A DNA stretch of 64,000 bases from Octopus vulgaris. Lineage: Eukaryota. The stretch lies in the NCBI GenBank assembly GCA_951406725.2, contig OX597832.1:25110001-25174000 (forward strand). Direction: 5' to 3'. A program made the position numbers and the translations under genes. The notes under the pieces are model-generated. The model was not told where the DNA came from, did no database searches, and worked only from the letters and a program-made list of their open reading frames with translations. Shown here piece after piece: positions 42,456-57,289 of the stretch; position 1 is the first letter of the stretch, and each line of letters begins with the position of its first letter.

Positions 42456-42679
42456 ACATATATATATAGTACACATATCCGAACATGAATATATATAAAC
42501 ATATATATATATGCAAGTATTTATGTATGTGTTATGTATACGTATGTATATATATATAATATATACACGCACATTCAGCAAATATGTTTTAATATTGTTG
42601 TTGTTGTCGTCGTTGTTGTTGTTCTTCTTCTACTATTTCCTCCCCTTTTTTTTCTTCTTCTTTTACGTATTATTATAAT

Positions 42680-42734
<55 letters not shown>

Positions 42735-43582
42735 CGGTCTAAAATATTTTGTGTTTTCAGCAGTTTGGTAAAATAATCAAATTTTTAAATCGGTTCAAAT
42801 GTGTTTCTGATGTTGTTGACCTGTAAAAAAGGCCATTTAACACCGACTAGCCTTGGAGAAAATTCTTACTTTAAGCAATAGCTGTTACTAACATCAGATA
42901 TTTCGAGAATGCTCTCATAGTCAGATGTAACTTCCAAATCATATTAAGGTTTTCTCACCCACAAATATACACACACATGCATGTATGAGCGAGTAACATC
43001 TTCGATATATGTCGCAGAAAAACATATGCGCATATTGCTGACAAAACCGAAAATGTCGTTTCAAGTTTAATCCCTTGGGATGTTAACTCAGCAGCGAGTA
43101 ATAGAAAAATCCCCTGTCACTTGTCAACTTTCTCTAGAAGAAATGCAATTAGCTGTTTGAAACCAGCAAGGTAATACAGTTATTGTTCACCAGTTCGATA
43201 TAGAATTTCAAAATTACCATTCAGGCGCCACATCGGCACGAGGTATACTTTTGTTCTTATTGATTCTGGATTTTCTTCATAAGCACGGGATGAAGGGGAA
43301 ATGTTTCGAGATCGATAGAAATACGAGCATACATATTTTAGTAAATGTCAATGAAATCAACCATGCATTCTTTGATAATAAATCGGAATTTGATTTGGTT
43401 TATTTATTTTTTTTATTATTATTTTATTTTTTTTTTGGCATCGTTAAATGTAAATTTTTATTGAAATGATGGCGTATTGGAGAAAAGAAATATTGCTTGA
43501 TGTGGAAGTTAATTCAAAGATATGGATAGGGTACAGGTGAGAGGAAACTAGGGAAAAGTCACACACTACCGTTTTCATAATG

Positions 43583-43769
43583 TGGCAATCCCTGGAACGG
43601 GAAGAAGTGCTAATGCTATTTAGCCCCAGGAAGCACCGTTTCCAGTTGGCTATGTGACGCACGTGTTCTGTGTCCTTAAGTGAAAAACGCTTGTGTCACA
43701 TAACCAACTGGAAACGATGTGTCCTGGGGCTAAATAGCAGTAGAATTTTTCCCTTTCCTGGGTCTGCTA
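43583..43769. repeat. Long imperfect inverted repeat (~75-80 bp arms)
   Basis: tgctatttagccccagga..cgtttccagttggctatgtgac / gtcacataaccaactggaaacg..tcctggggctaaatagca. Confidence 0.85.
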
Positions 43770-43856
43770 AATTAAGTTGGCGATAAACCATCACTTTACC
43801 ATGCTGCTACTATATAAGTCTCTCTGAGAGATTTAGAAATGCAATATTTCTAATGT

Positions 43857-43925
<69 letters not shown>

Positions 43926-44144
43926 AATGTGTGTATATATATATGTATATATATATAGGGAGAGTTTACGAAAAAAACAAAAGACGAAGACAGGTGGTGT
44001 ACAAAACAAACAGATGTATTAGTATAACGCTCAGGAATAGAAAAAGATTTTTACGTTTCGAGCCTACGCTCTTCTACAGAAAGGGACACAGAAAAAAGCA
44101 AGGAGAGAAACAAGGAGAGAAAAAAAGGAGAGAAGAAAAGGAGA

Positions 44145-44182
<38 letters not shown>

Positions 44183-44533
44183 ATATATATATACATATAT
44201 ATATATATATGGAAAAAAAAAAATATATATATATATAAACTACTTCAAATTTCAAAGAATATATGGCAAGAAATATAGTTTTGGCACTGTTACTATTTAT
44301 AGATGGATATTGATATTAATCATGATTAAGATTTTGGGTGGGTGGAAGAATAAAGAAGAATCGATAGAACGGTCCTTTTTACCATAAAGGAATTTGGCAT
44401 TTTAACGGGTTTTTTGCATTATCTGAAAGACGCCAGTTTCTTTCGATAATTGCAATGTCCGTCGATAATGAAAATTATTTGACGAATTATTTATTTATTC
44501 AATTCTTTTTTTAACGAAGCTATATTTTGTTTG

Positions 44534-44593
<60 letters not shown>

Positions 44594-44893
44594 CAAAGGA
44601 GTTCAGTGTGTCAATGTTTAGAAACATCAGAAATATCCAGATAAGCTTCTTCAATTTCAGTCATTTTAATGATTTTTCTTATTGCAAGTTGCTGGAAGAT
44701 ACATAGAGATAGAGACCTGTCTGTGTGTATGTGTATGTATGTGTGTGTGTGTGTCTTCCCAATCATACGGCTCTGGGTTCAGTCCCACTGCGTGGTACCT
44801 TAATCAGATATCTTCTACTATAAAGCCGGGCCGATTAAAGTCTTGCGAGTGGATTCGGTAAACGGAATTTGAATGAAGCCAGTAGTGTGTGTG

Positions 44894-44983
<90 letters not shown>

Positions 44984-45044
44984 TGTGAGAGTGAGATAGA
45001 TATATGCATTTATGTTTGTATGTATGTATATATGTATGTATGTA

Positions 45045-45075
<31 letters not shown>

Positions 45076-45156
45076 CTATATCTATATATATATATATACA
45101 CCATCATCCATATATGTACACATTTATATATAAATTTAAATAAATAAAGTTCCCTT

Positions 45157-46260
45157 TTAATCTAAAATATTCTGTCCTTCACTTTCTACAATGCTCTTCC
45201 GTCTCTCTGGTAGACTTGCAAGGCCCCTCTTCCAAAATTCACTTGTCCGTGACGAAAAATACTCTTCTGACCGCGTCTACTGAATTCATAATTTTTCTGT
45301 CCAAATGATTTTGAAGACTACAGAATAAATGATAATCAGATGTAGCAATGTCCGGCGAATATGGTGAGTGGAGCATTCATTCTGTTCCTGCTTTGTAATG
45401 TCATCCTCGTTGTATGTGGCAGAACACCTTTTATCTTGAAACCAAAGATGGTAATTCTTCTTCTAGCGCTGACTTAAGCCGCTCAAGCTGCTCGCAGTAG
45501 ATCTCTTTTGTTATCGTTTGGTTTGGCTTTTAAAAGTTCAAAGTGGACTAATCATTTCATATCCAACCAAGCAGATAACAACACCTAACGTGGGTGAAGT
45601 CCTTTTTTAACCTATTCACGAGTCACTATTCGATCCAAAAAAGGTTCCTTCGTGAGACGTGACAGCAGAGAAGAGCACACATTCACTCCCTGAGCGCGAT
45701 TGCAGTCGGAAGGTTTGTGAGGAAGCCATTGACCTCATTTTCTGACTTTTCAGATGGCACGCAAGTGTCGATGAATGGCTGAATGACCAAATCCAAGCTT
45801 GTCTTCTAGTTCCTCAACAGCCACGGTAGGATTTTGTTTGACCAGGGTTTGCAGGACGTTCTCGTCGAGCCCTAAGGATCTTCCAGGACGAGGCTCGTCT
45901 TCTAGGCTGTAGTTTCCTGCTCGGCTTTTCTAGAACCACTTTTGACACTGACTTTGGCTTATTGTCCAATCCCCATATACTGCATTAATATTCTTCGCAC
46001 TTTCCGTTACGTTGTTGCCTTTATTGAACTCATAAAGCAAAATATGCCGAATAGGCTCCTTTGTCACTTCCATTATAGCTTTGAAAAAAATAACTGTTAA
46101 AATCAAACTGCACTCTTCAAAACTTGCACTAAGAATAAGGACAAAGGTAAAATTACTACCTGCTTTTATAGCAAGTTGATGCAGGTAGTTTATCCCGTCT
46201 CCCTCCGACTTTTAGTTCATGCAATTGAAAAAAAAACGCATTATTTATGGGATGACCCAG
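45157..46260 (-). pseudogene. Mariner (D,D34D-type) transposon remnant with 5' TIR and nearly full transposase pseudogene
   Basis: ATG at 46073 starts MEVTKEPIRHILLYEFNKG...EDEPRPGR. Also LHPR.VLLS.W.DMK, QTITKEIYCEQLERLK and YSPDIATSDYHLF, with the stop at 45157-45159. TIR ctgggtcatcccataaataa and TA at 46261. Confidence 0.9.
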
Positions 46261-46417
46261 TATGTATACATATGTATATATACTTATATGCATGAAGATA
46301 GATAGATAAAGAGAGAGTGAGAGAGGAGAGAGCGAGGAGGAGATAGATAGATAAATAGATGGATGGATGGATGGATGGATGGATCGACGGATGGATGGAT
46401 GGATGGATGGATGAATG

Positions 46418-46497
<80 letters not shown>

Positions 46498-47210
46498 GAT
46501 AGATAGGCAAATTGACAGTTATCTGAAAATTTTTCAATGATTATCGGTGTTTTTGTAAGAAAAATCAGGTAGCAATTCTTAAGGAGATATTCTACTGAAA
46601 AATGGCCTTGGAAAGCTACAGGTATTAAATGTAAAGAAAATTTGATTTCATAGTTAAGAACCAAAAAGAAGTAACTGCAACAAAAATTAAAACATGTTAT
46701 ACGTATGAAAAGTTACAAAAGAAATATGGCTGCTTTAGGGAAGAAGTAAAGGCGACAAGTCGTCACGTGGTCTGCAAAGAAGCAACGTAAACTAAATAAA
46801 TTGAAATGAATGATAAATTTTAGCAGAAAGAAAAGAATACAAATACGCACAAAGAAAATGTAATGTTGCCTCAATTAAAGAGTTAAGATTACATTCTTTT
46901 GCATGCATCTTCAACTGTGTGAATTTTTCGAATACAGTTTTGAATAACATGACATCGCTTCTATTTAACAATGGAAAATTTCTGATGTTTTTTTAAGCAA
47001 AAAAGAATGGAAAATGGAGGACTGGAAGAATGATGACGCGCGTTATAGAAGATATATTTTTTCAGCCATTTGTATTTTTGTTCTTGTTGGTTGTGTTGGC
47101 GCTGGTGGTGGTAGTTTATGATGCTCACGAACAATATATATGTGTCGGAGATGTATACATCTAATATACATATAACAAATATATATATACACATACATGC
47201 ACACACACAC

Positions 47211-47277
<67 letters not shown>

Positions 47278-47771
47278 GATATATAGGGAGAATTCACAGA
47301 AAAACAAAAGACGTACACAGGTGGTGTAGACAACAAACAGATATATTAGTATAACGCTCGGGAAGTGAAAAAGTCTTTAATGTTTCGAGCCTGCGCCCTT
47401 CCACAGAAAGGAACACAGAAAGAGAAACAAGGAGAGAAAATAAAGAATGTGTAGTGGCTAGCGATCTATATATACACACACACATATATATATATATATT
47501 TATATAGAGAGATAGATATACATAAATATAAACATATCTTTCTATATATATATTTTATTAGTATATACTCACGTGTGTACGTACGGGCGTGTGTATGTAT
47601 ATATGTGTGTATATGTGTGTGTGTATGTTTGTTTAAACACTCACATGCATACATGCACGGAGGAAGTCTCGTCGTGACAATCACATGCAATAAGTACCGA
47701 TAACAGTTCATCGACACCTGTTCTTTGTGGGAGAAGCCCATCATATATACATATACATGTGTGGGTGTGCG

Positions 47772-47818
<47 letters not shown>

Positions 47819-47999
47819 TAGTAATTAAGGGTTTAGCAACGATTTGCCTCACCACACACCGAATTTAGAAATAGCAGTCAAAGAGTTATGGCTATTCTTT
47901 CTACTTAAAAGGGAGATCCCAGTAAAACCACAGCACTTAAAAGGCAAACAACGCAGGCAATAGAGAAAGAAATGACGACAATCATTCTATATTAAGTCA

Positions 48000-48090
48000 C
48001 CTACGGACGTACGTTTCGGAATTAAGTCATAGGAAAGCATAAAAATTAAATAATTATGTCTTACCCAACTATTTTCCTCTTCAGCGTAGG
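48000..48090 (-). ncRNA. Type I hammerhead ribozyme with canonical core
   Basis: Minus strand reads cctacg-CTGAAGA-ggaa...ttcc-GAAA-cgtacg-TC-cgtagg: perfect 6 bp stem I, long stem II, palindromic stem III and GUC cleavage triplet. Confidence 0.75.
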
Positions 48091-48178
48091 ACTCTTCAAT
48101 TATAAATAATTGCGTCTCAATTATTAATAATCGTGTATTAAATTTGAAGGCACTAGAAGACATCACCTCAACTCATGG

Positions 48179-48283
<105 letters not shown>

Positions 48284-49018
48284 GATCGAGGCCCTACCTC
48301 AGGGCTTCTAAAATGAACACCTTAACTATTCTTGTATCATTTCTTAATTCTTAATATAAGAATCCACTTTAGCGTTTTGAAATAGAATTTTCAACAGTGT
48401 AGAATGTATGGAATTAAGTCGCGAATTATGTCTGTTCTGGCCGTTGCTATAAAAAATAACTTTTTTTATGTAGGAGTGTGGCTCAGAAAGCTATCCATTA
48501 ACATACAAACGTACGGTTCAACTTTCATGTATTATTCTTATGCAGCAGTCGCGCGAGGTTACATAAAAGCTTTTCCCCATTGAATATGTTATATGAAATT
48601 TAGAAAAGAGAGATAAGAATACGTGATATAATAATTGTTTACATAAAAATGTTAGAGATAATTATTGTTTATTATTCAGTTGAAGAATAATGTTATACAT
48701 TAGTGTTAGTTCTCTCCCGTTGAATACATTACAACTTATCAGACCAAACATTGTGCATGTGTATTGTCTGTATATGTGGGCGAAAGTTCTTTGTCTATGT
48801 ATGTTGCGTGTGTTAATGCGTGTTACGCGTGTATGTATATATAGCCTGTGTTCAGGTGTTATGTGCTTGTGTGGGTGTGGGTGCTAGGAATTGGTCAGTA
48901 CTAGTGTGTGTGGGGTGGTGTTGGGTTACTATCAAACGAAGAGAAGAGGTGAGTTGAGCCCATGTGGCGCAAAGTAGCGAAGAGAGATTCCTGTGCGTGA
49001 CGAAGGCGGGGTTCCGGA

Positions 49019-49058
<40 letters not shown>

Positions 49059-49169
49059 GACGGGCTTATTTCAATTTCCGTCTACCAAATCCATTCACAA
49101 GGCTTTGGTTGACCCGAGGCTATGGTAGAAGACACTTGCCCAAGGTGCCACGCCGTGGGACTGAATTCG

Positions 49170-49340
49170 GGCATACAGCATAGCGGTTAAGAGCGCGGGC
49201 TACTAACCCCAAGATTCCGAGTTCGATTCCAAGTAGTGACCTGAATAACAACAACAACAACAACATTAACAACAACAAAAACAATAACAATAATAATAAT
49301 AATAATAAAATCGAAAAATACCTTAGGAATGAGAGCAACA
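49170..49340 (+). mobile_element. tRNA-derived SINE head with (AAC)/(AAT) tract
   Basis: agcatagcggttaagagcgcgggctactaaccccaagattccgagttcgattcc. There is no proper acceptor stem. Confidence 0.6.
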
Positions 49341-49635
49341 AACAAGATGAGGACAAATATCCGTAAAATGTAAATAATGTAGAACTAGAATAACAAGAAC
49401 AAAAACTATTGGTCACTAAGAACACTGTCAAGAGAATCAACAACAACGACGATGAAGACAACAACGCCAAGGACATTAGCAGCTGAACCATCTACGGCCA
49501 AAACACCACCACCGCTACCCACAACACTGCCAGCAATGACGTAACAACTACAGCACCAACAGTATGACAACTACTACCATCACCACCACCAACAACAACA
49601 ACAGAAATAACAATATCTGGTACCACTATGTGTCT

Positions 49636-49990
49636 CACCACCACCACCACCACCACCACAACCACCACTACCACTACCACCACCACCACTACCACCACCA
49701 CCACTACCACCACCACCACCACCACTACCACCACCACCACCACCACCACCACAACCACCACTACCACCTCTACCACCACCACCACTACCACCACCACCAC
49801 TACCACTACCACCACCACCACCACCACCACCACCACCACCACCACCACCACCACCACTAGAACCACCACCACCACAACCACAACCACCACTACCACCACC
49901 ACCACCACCACCATCACCACTACCACCACCACCACCATCACCACTACCACCACCACCACCACCATTACCACCACTACCACCACCACCGCC
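49636..49990. repeat. (CAC)n compound microsatellite
   Basis: Direct reading. Confidence 0.95.
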
Positions 49991-50393
49991 ACAGCCACTG
50001 CCCACAAAAACATTGACAAATGACTTCCATTGGTGAGTTGAATACGAAACAAATAAACCTGACTAATACAACTAATTCAGTTAACGTGAAATATCTCTGC
50101 AATCTTTCACAATTCTCGTCAATCTCCCCTCATGGGGTCTCCTTTGTCCTCCCCTTATTCCATTGGTTACTTCCTATGTTGATGTATTTAGTTTATCCGC
50201 TGATTTGACCATTTTTGTTGTTAATTTTTTTTCTGTATCTTGATTTTGTTTTCTTTAGCGTTTATTTTTGTTTGTGTTTTTGTTTTCTTCGTTTTGTTTT
50301 TATTTAAATTTATCATTTCTTTTATTTCTGAACATAGAAATAAAATGTGGTATCCCAGAGTTCGCTCGATTATATATATATATATATATATAC

Positions 50394-50483
<90 letters not shown>

Positions 50484-50687
50484 GTATGTATATATATTTT
50501 TGCTGTTGTTCGGTGGTTAAGCAAGCAGTATCATAACTAACATGCTGCTGGTTCGTTCCGAATGCGCCGTACCTTTGGCAAATGTTTTCTCCAGTGGCCT
50601 GAGTTTCATTGCTACCATAGCTTAATTTGAAATTTGGTAAACAGAAACTGCCCCGAAACCTTTACATCTATCTATCTATGTATCTAC

Positions 50688-50753
<66 letters not shown>

Positions 50754-50778
50754 GTCTGTCTGTCTGTCTGTCTATCTA

Positions 50779-51283
50779 CTGTAAATCCTCGAGTATAGTC
50801 CGCCCTTGAGTATAATATGCAGGGGATTTTTAGGGGGTGTACCTCTTGTGTATAATACGCACCCTTTCTCTAACTTCAGTCGTGCGTAATTAAGCCAGCA
50901 GCACCTAGTCGAACAAACACTTCCGCGCATGCGTAATGCAATAATGGTGATGTTCTTAACTGTTATATGGGAATGTAAATATGTTTGCAAATTGTTTTTG
51001 TTACATGTTTTTCTGTGTTCTGAATACTTTTATTTTAATAAATGTTGCTTACTGCAAGTTATGGATGATTCTTTTACGACTTCATTGCTTTCAGACTTAG
51101 CTTTAGGTATTTTCGTGCCCGGATTCAGAAAATGTGTCTGAATAAACATTGCTGGACAGTAAATAGAGACTCGGACATTGCTTAGAAAATATTTTTCATT
51201 TCTAACTTCGTATATAGTACGCACTGGGGATTTTGACCTTTAAATTTTGAGAAAACATGCGGATTATACGCGAAGATTTACGC
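50779..51283. mobile_element. Tc2/pogo-like MITE
   Basis: TIRs ctgtaaatcctcgagtatagtccgc / gcggattatacgcgaagatttacgc, TA flanks. Confidence 0.7.
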
Positions 51284-51327
51284 TATATGATATTTACATT
51301 TGTGTGACTATCTCTTAAATATATTTA

Positions 51328-51570
51328 TACGAAATCTGATCAGTAACTATCCAGACTGTTGCCATAGTAACGAAGCTAAAGCACGCAGAGTAAAGTCGCT
51401 TGGTAGAGCTTGACCTTGAATTATGCTGTGCAAGCGCACTAAGTCTTAACGTTCCCCACTCCTGCTCTTTAGAGCAGTGCTTGGAAGGAAGGTGTGCAAA
51501 AAATCTGCATCAAATTTTGCGAAAAGCTTGGTGATACCTGCTCATATGCCTACGCAAAGCTTTCATAAAG
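51328..51570 (+). mobile_element. Mariner 5' end remnant
   Basis: TA-cgaaatctgatcagtaactatccagact TIR-like start, then ICIKFCEKLGDTC (mariner N-terminal HTH). Confidence 0.55.
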
Positions 51571-51889
51571 TTTTCATTATTCTCGACATTATCAAGAAGA
51601 TCCCGGATTTCTGGCTTTGCATTTAGAAATCCGGGATCTGGAATTATCCGGTAATTTTTTACTGGTTTTATTTTGTCTTTTTGTCTTCTCTTTCTGTGCT
51701 ATATGAACACTTAATGTGGTTTTAGAGTCAGACCCTGGCCGCTATTTTCAGCATGGTGATATCTCGTAGATACCCTCAGTTATTATTTTAATATGTGTGT
51801 GTGTGTGTGTTTATATGTATATATGTATGCATATACATATATATATATATGCATGTGTGTGTTTATATGTATGTATGTATATATATATG

Positions 51890-51949
<60 letters not shown>

Positions 51950-52015
51950 TATATATATGTATATATGTATATATGTATGTATGTATGTATATATATATAT
52001 ATGTATATATGTATG

Positions 52016-52136
<121 letters not shown>

Positions 52137-52817
52137 TCGAAATAGTTCCAATCCATTCACCCAATGATTGTCGAGAAACTTAACCGTATGTCAAAATTTT
52201 CCCAAAGCGCGGGAAAGAACAAACATTTTTATATTTTATTCAATATAACCTCACCTAAAATCGATATTTCACATTCTGTGTTTCACCATAACTTTTCTGT
52301 TCATCCACGGAAGTTGCCACAATGACAATAACCATCAAAGGACCAATTTCTTAGTTCGATATCAATACATGTTCAATAGCTTTTAACTAGCCAGAACTTG
52401 CTAGTTTTAGCGTTCGATACGTGAATGATCAATAGAAGAAAATAAGTTTTAAACACAAAAGTGTTTTATGCATGGCATGTCTATAGATTTTTCGTTTCTT
52501 TCATTCAACAATTAATTATGTAATATGTGTGAGTGTAGGTGTGTGTGTGTAGGTGTGTGTGTGTGTGTGTGCGTGTGTGTGTAGGTTGTAATGAACATGT
52601 ATGGTTCGCAGAAACAATGTAGAAGGCACTCGGTATGGTGAATTGTATTTACAATGGATATTGAGGAGTTCAACAAAACACGAACTTATTCGAACTTGTG
52701 GAATCTATGGAATATATGTGCTAAAAGCGAAATTTATAAATGGATCTGTGTATGCATGTATAGGTACAAGTGAATGGTTATATAACACACACACATATAC
52801 ATACATACATACATGCA

Positions 52818-52868
<51 letters not shown>

Positions 52869-52889
52869 GTATATATATATATGTATATG

Positions 52890-52946
<57 letters not shown>

Positions 52947-52953
52947 GTATATA

Positions 52954-53100
<147 letters not shown>

Positions 53101-53281
53101 GACGGTCTTCTTTCAGTTTCCGTCTACCGAATCCACTCATAAGTCTTTGGCCTATAGCAGAATACACTTACCCAAGATGCTACGCAGAGGGACTGAACCC
53201 GGAACCACACAGCCACTTTTGCGCCTGTATATATATATATTCATGCATACATATATACATATATGTACACATGCATATGTG

Positions 53282-53372
<91 letters not shown>

Positions 53373-53914
53373 GCACTGTGCCGTGAATAAACTGTCGTCT
53401 AAATTATTAAATTATGCAAAAATGCAAATAACAGTGACTTGTGTTTGTGTGTGCAAGTATAGTTGTACATAGATATGAATGTAAATATTTTTATATGTGC
53501 ATGTCCATGCGTGCGTGCATATGTTTGTATAATCATGCGTGGGTGGAAACCTGTTCGCAAGCGCACTCACACACGCACACGCACACACACACACATGCAC
53601 ACACATACACACACACACACATATATATGTAAGTAATACGTTAAATGGAAAGATGCAAATATATAGATCTATATGTATGTGTGTATATAAAATGTGTGTG
53701 TGTACTTGTGTGTGTATGTGTGTGTGCGTTTGTGCAGCTATGTATGTATAAATGTATACATATATACATGTATCAACTTATATATGTAGATAGATGTGAG
53801 CATGTGAGTGTGTGTGTGTGTGAGTGTGTGCATCTATGTATGTATGTGTATGTGTATGTATGTATGCTACGCATTTATATGTAGACGATGGCTGGATAAA
53901 TACACAATACTTAT

Positions 53915-53916
53915 TA

Positions 53917-53992
<76 letters not shown>

Positions 53993-54051
53993 GTTGTTAT
54001 TATTATTATTATCATTATTATTATTTTTATTATTATTTTTTATTATTATTA

Positions 54052-54094
<43 letters not shown>

Positions 54095-54135
54095 CATTGT
54101 TGTTGTTATTATTATTATTATTATTATTATAATTA

Positions 54136-54173
<38 letters not shown>

Positions 54174-54235
54174 GTTGTTATTATTATTATTATTATCATT
54201 ATTATTATTTTTATTATTATTTTTTATTATTATTA

Positions 54236-54266
<31 letters not shown>

Positions 54267-54283
54267 CATCATTATTATTATTA

Positions 54284-54345
<62 letters not shown>
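53915..54345. repeat. (TAT)n compound microsatellite
   Basis: Direct reading. Confidence 0.95.
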
Positions 54346-54349
<4 letters not shown>

Positions 54350-54871
54350 TGATGTATGCAAAGTCTGTTTAGCTGTTCCTGTTAGAGACAATCGGAATAA
54401 AAAATATCTGCTTCGGATATCCGCCATTTTATCTGCTCTAATGATTCCACGCCCTCCACCACCCCCAACACAATAGTTTTCTTACGTAATTGCACGGCTT
54501 ACATATGTGCATGTGAGGACAACTGTCGATTGTATCGACCAACGTATATATGCTTACCACATCATTTATTTATCCCACGGGGCTGAAAATACACAACGTC
54601 CCTCTTCCAGTCGTCCTTCGACAGAGACCACGTTAATAGACCTACTGAACATTCAACATTATTATCTATCTATCTAATCGAAACCGCGATCCTCCAGCCG
54701 CGAGTCCGCTGCCCTAACCACTGGGCCATTGCACACACCTCCCTTATTTATTTATAGTTTCATTAAAATCTTTTAAATCTCTCCAGAACTTTTATTTATC
54801 TTGGTTTTTATCTGATCAACAAGGTAAAAGACCCTCTCTCTTTTCTGATAAGAAAATAGTAGCAACACTTC

Positions 54872-54938
<67 letters not shown>

Positions 54939-54991
54939 TTGATAGATAGATAGATAGATAGATTGATAGATAGCCATATATATATATATAT

Positions 54992-55034
<43 letters not shown>

Positions 55035-55035
<1 letters not shown>

Positions 55036-56141
55036 TAGCATTAAAGACCCGTCGTTGCCGGGTCATAGTGCTAGTGCATGTATATATGCGTATATATATG
55101 TGTACATATTACATGTGCATCTATATATATATACATCTACACATAAAATACAAAATACAAAGTTATATCTTGATATCGCTAGTGATAACAATACTCAAAA
55201 TATATAACAGACTGGAATTGTTAGCCCGTCTCTTGTAATTTCGATCAGTTGTATCTTGTCCTCCTTCTTGTATAGAAGTGTGGCTACAATCCAGCCTACC
55301 TCTACTTCTGGGGGGTGGGGGGCATTTAAAAATTTTTTCCGGGACGTCCTATGTCCCAGATATAATGGTAAAAATAAAATATTTCCACTTTGCAAGTTCG
55401 AGTCGAGTACCCCCTTGCACGCTCCGTTGACTCGAGCCTTGCTTCTATTGTGGCGAATTTACCGCCTCTGATTAGATACCTTTCATAGTCGCACCAAGAC
55501 ACTTTTCAAAGGTGCTTTCCTCCATGTGTTCAAATCTTCTTTTTTCTCTACATTGTATACTCTATAGACAATAGTCTTTTCTTTAATTTATTTTTTATTA
55601 TCCATCTGGACTATTCCATTTCTGCACGCTAATTTTATTTTTAATTTATTCCCATTCATATGAAACCACTTATTCAAGTTCGAATCATTGATGCAATTTT
55701 ATACCAATTGCTATTTTTACTTTTGTCATGTTACTTTAGTTTGATTTTAATTATTACTTACTACATATAATTCAATTGTTATTATTATTTTTAGTGTTAA
55801 AGTGAAAGCATCTGACATAAAATAGAGAAACGTTTTTGTTTCACTTTTAACACGTAATACTGAATTAGTGGAGAAGATATGATATTGCTATGGGCTCGCT
55901 CTAGGCAAGAAGTTGAACATTTTTTGCCCACGAAACGACATGGACCCTAAGTAAGGTATATGTAAAATTTGAATGGAATTGGTTGTGTAGTTCTCAAGTT
56001 TTAGGGAATCGTAGTGGAGAAGGTATGATATTGCTGTGGGCTCGCCCTAGGCAAAAAGTTAAAATTTTTTGCCGATGACACTCCCCGGACCCTAAGTAAG
56101 GCAAGTGTAAAATTTGAATGAAATTGGTTGTGTAGTTCTCA

Positions 56142-56145
<4 letters not shown>
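55035..56145 (-). mobile_element. Non-autonomous Helitron with canonical 3' hairpin and CTAG end
   Basis: Minus strand reads gacccg-gcaacga-cgggtc-tttaatg-CTAG|T at 55035-55064. Internal ~145 bp tandem duplication at 55868-56145. Confidence 0.75.
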
Positions 56146-56182
<37 letters not shown>

Positions 56183-56186
<4 letters not shown>

Positions 56187-56321
56187 TTATACATATAAAA
56201 CTGAGAATGTGTGTGTGTCTGTCTGTCTGTTTGTGTGTTTCCCTAAAACTTGAGAACTACACAACCAATTTCATTCAAATTTTACACATATCTTACTTAG
56301 GGTCCGGGGAGTGTCATCGGC
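56183..56321 (+). mobile_element. 5' end of the same Helitron family in opposite orientation
   Basis: A|TCtttatacatataaaactgagaatgtgtgtgtgtctgtctg start, inverted match to 56070-56145. Confidence 0.7.
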
Positions 56322-56620
56322 ATATATATATATACGTACATATATATGTATGTGTATATATGTATATATATATGTATATACATGTATATATCTATATATA
56401 TATGCATATATCTATTTGTATGTATACATAAATGCGTGTATATATGTGTGTGTGCGCGTGTGTGTATACATACATAATCTACATGCATGTGCGTATGAGA
56501 ATACATATATAGATATACACACTCAGACATGCACACGCGCGCGCATATATATGTTTATATTTACGAATAGAAACAGACATAATCAGGCGCTACTAAACCA
56601 AGATGATAAGTCAGGAGACA

Positions 56621-56655
<35 letters not shown>

Positions 56656-57289
56656 AGAGACTCTTACACGCAATTTGGTGACAGCCCAAATTTAATGAGC
56701 TTCCTCTTAAATATATACACTTATCATAAACATTGATGAGCGTGCCAAGATCTTTCCGACTTGGACTGTTTTCATATCATTATTGCTTGTAAGGCAAATA
56801 CTATCGTATTAATAAAAAAAAACACAGAAAGAAAAATTCCCTTGTTTTCGTTGATGTATTGTCGAGAACGAGATATAAGTATTATACCTCGTTTCATTGT
56901 TCTAAATAACAACATTAACAGCAACAAGAAGAACAAGACAACAGCTAACAAAATTATCCTGCCCTTGCATGGCTACAGCCTTAGAGCTGAAACGTATAAA
57001 AAAATAAGAGAATACACACGCGCGCGCACGAAGGGAAGTAAGAGTTAGAAAAGAAATATATATATATATATATGAAAGAAGATGTGTGTGAATGTGTGAC
57101 CGACCATTACTTGATCCCACGTAAGATCAATGTATTTCATCCGATTTCGTTCACACTTGGCAAATACATCATTTATGTGTCACAGATGGTTCTACTCTGT
57201 TTAGACTTTTCACTTCGGGAGTCATATAAAGTCGGAAGTTCAGACCTTCTGGGGTCAGAAAATCTGCACTTTGCAAAGTAACAGTCAGA

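Noticed and set aside
49173-49240. Possible tRNA gene
   Set aside because: A/B boxes are present but there is no acceptor stem, and a SINE body follows
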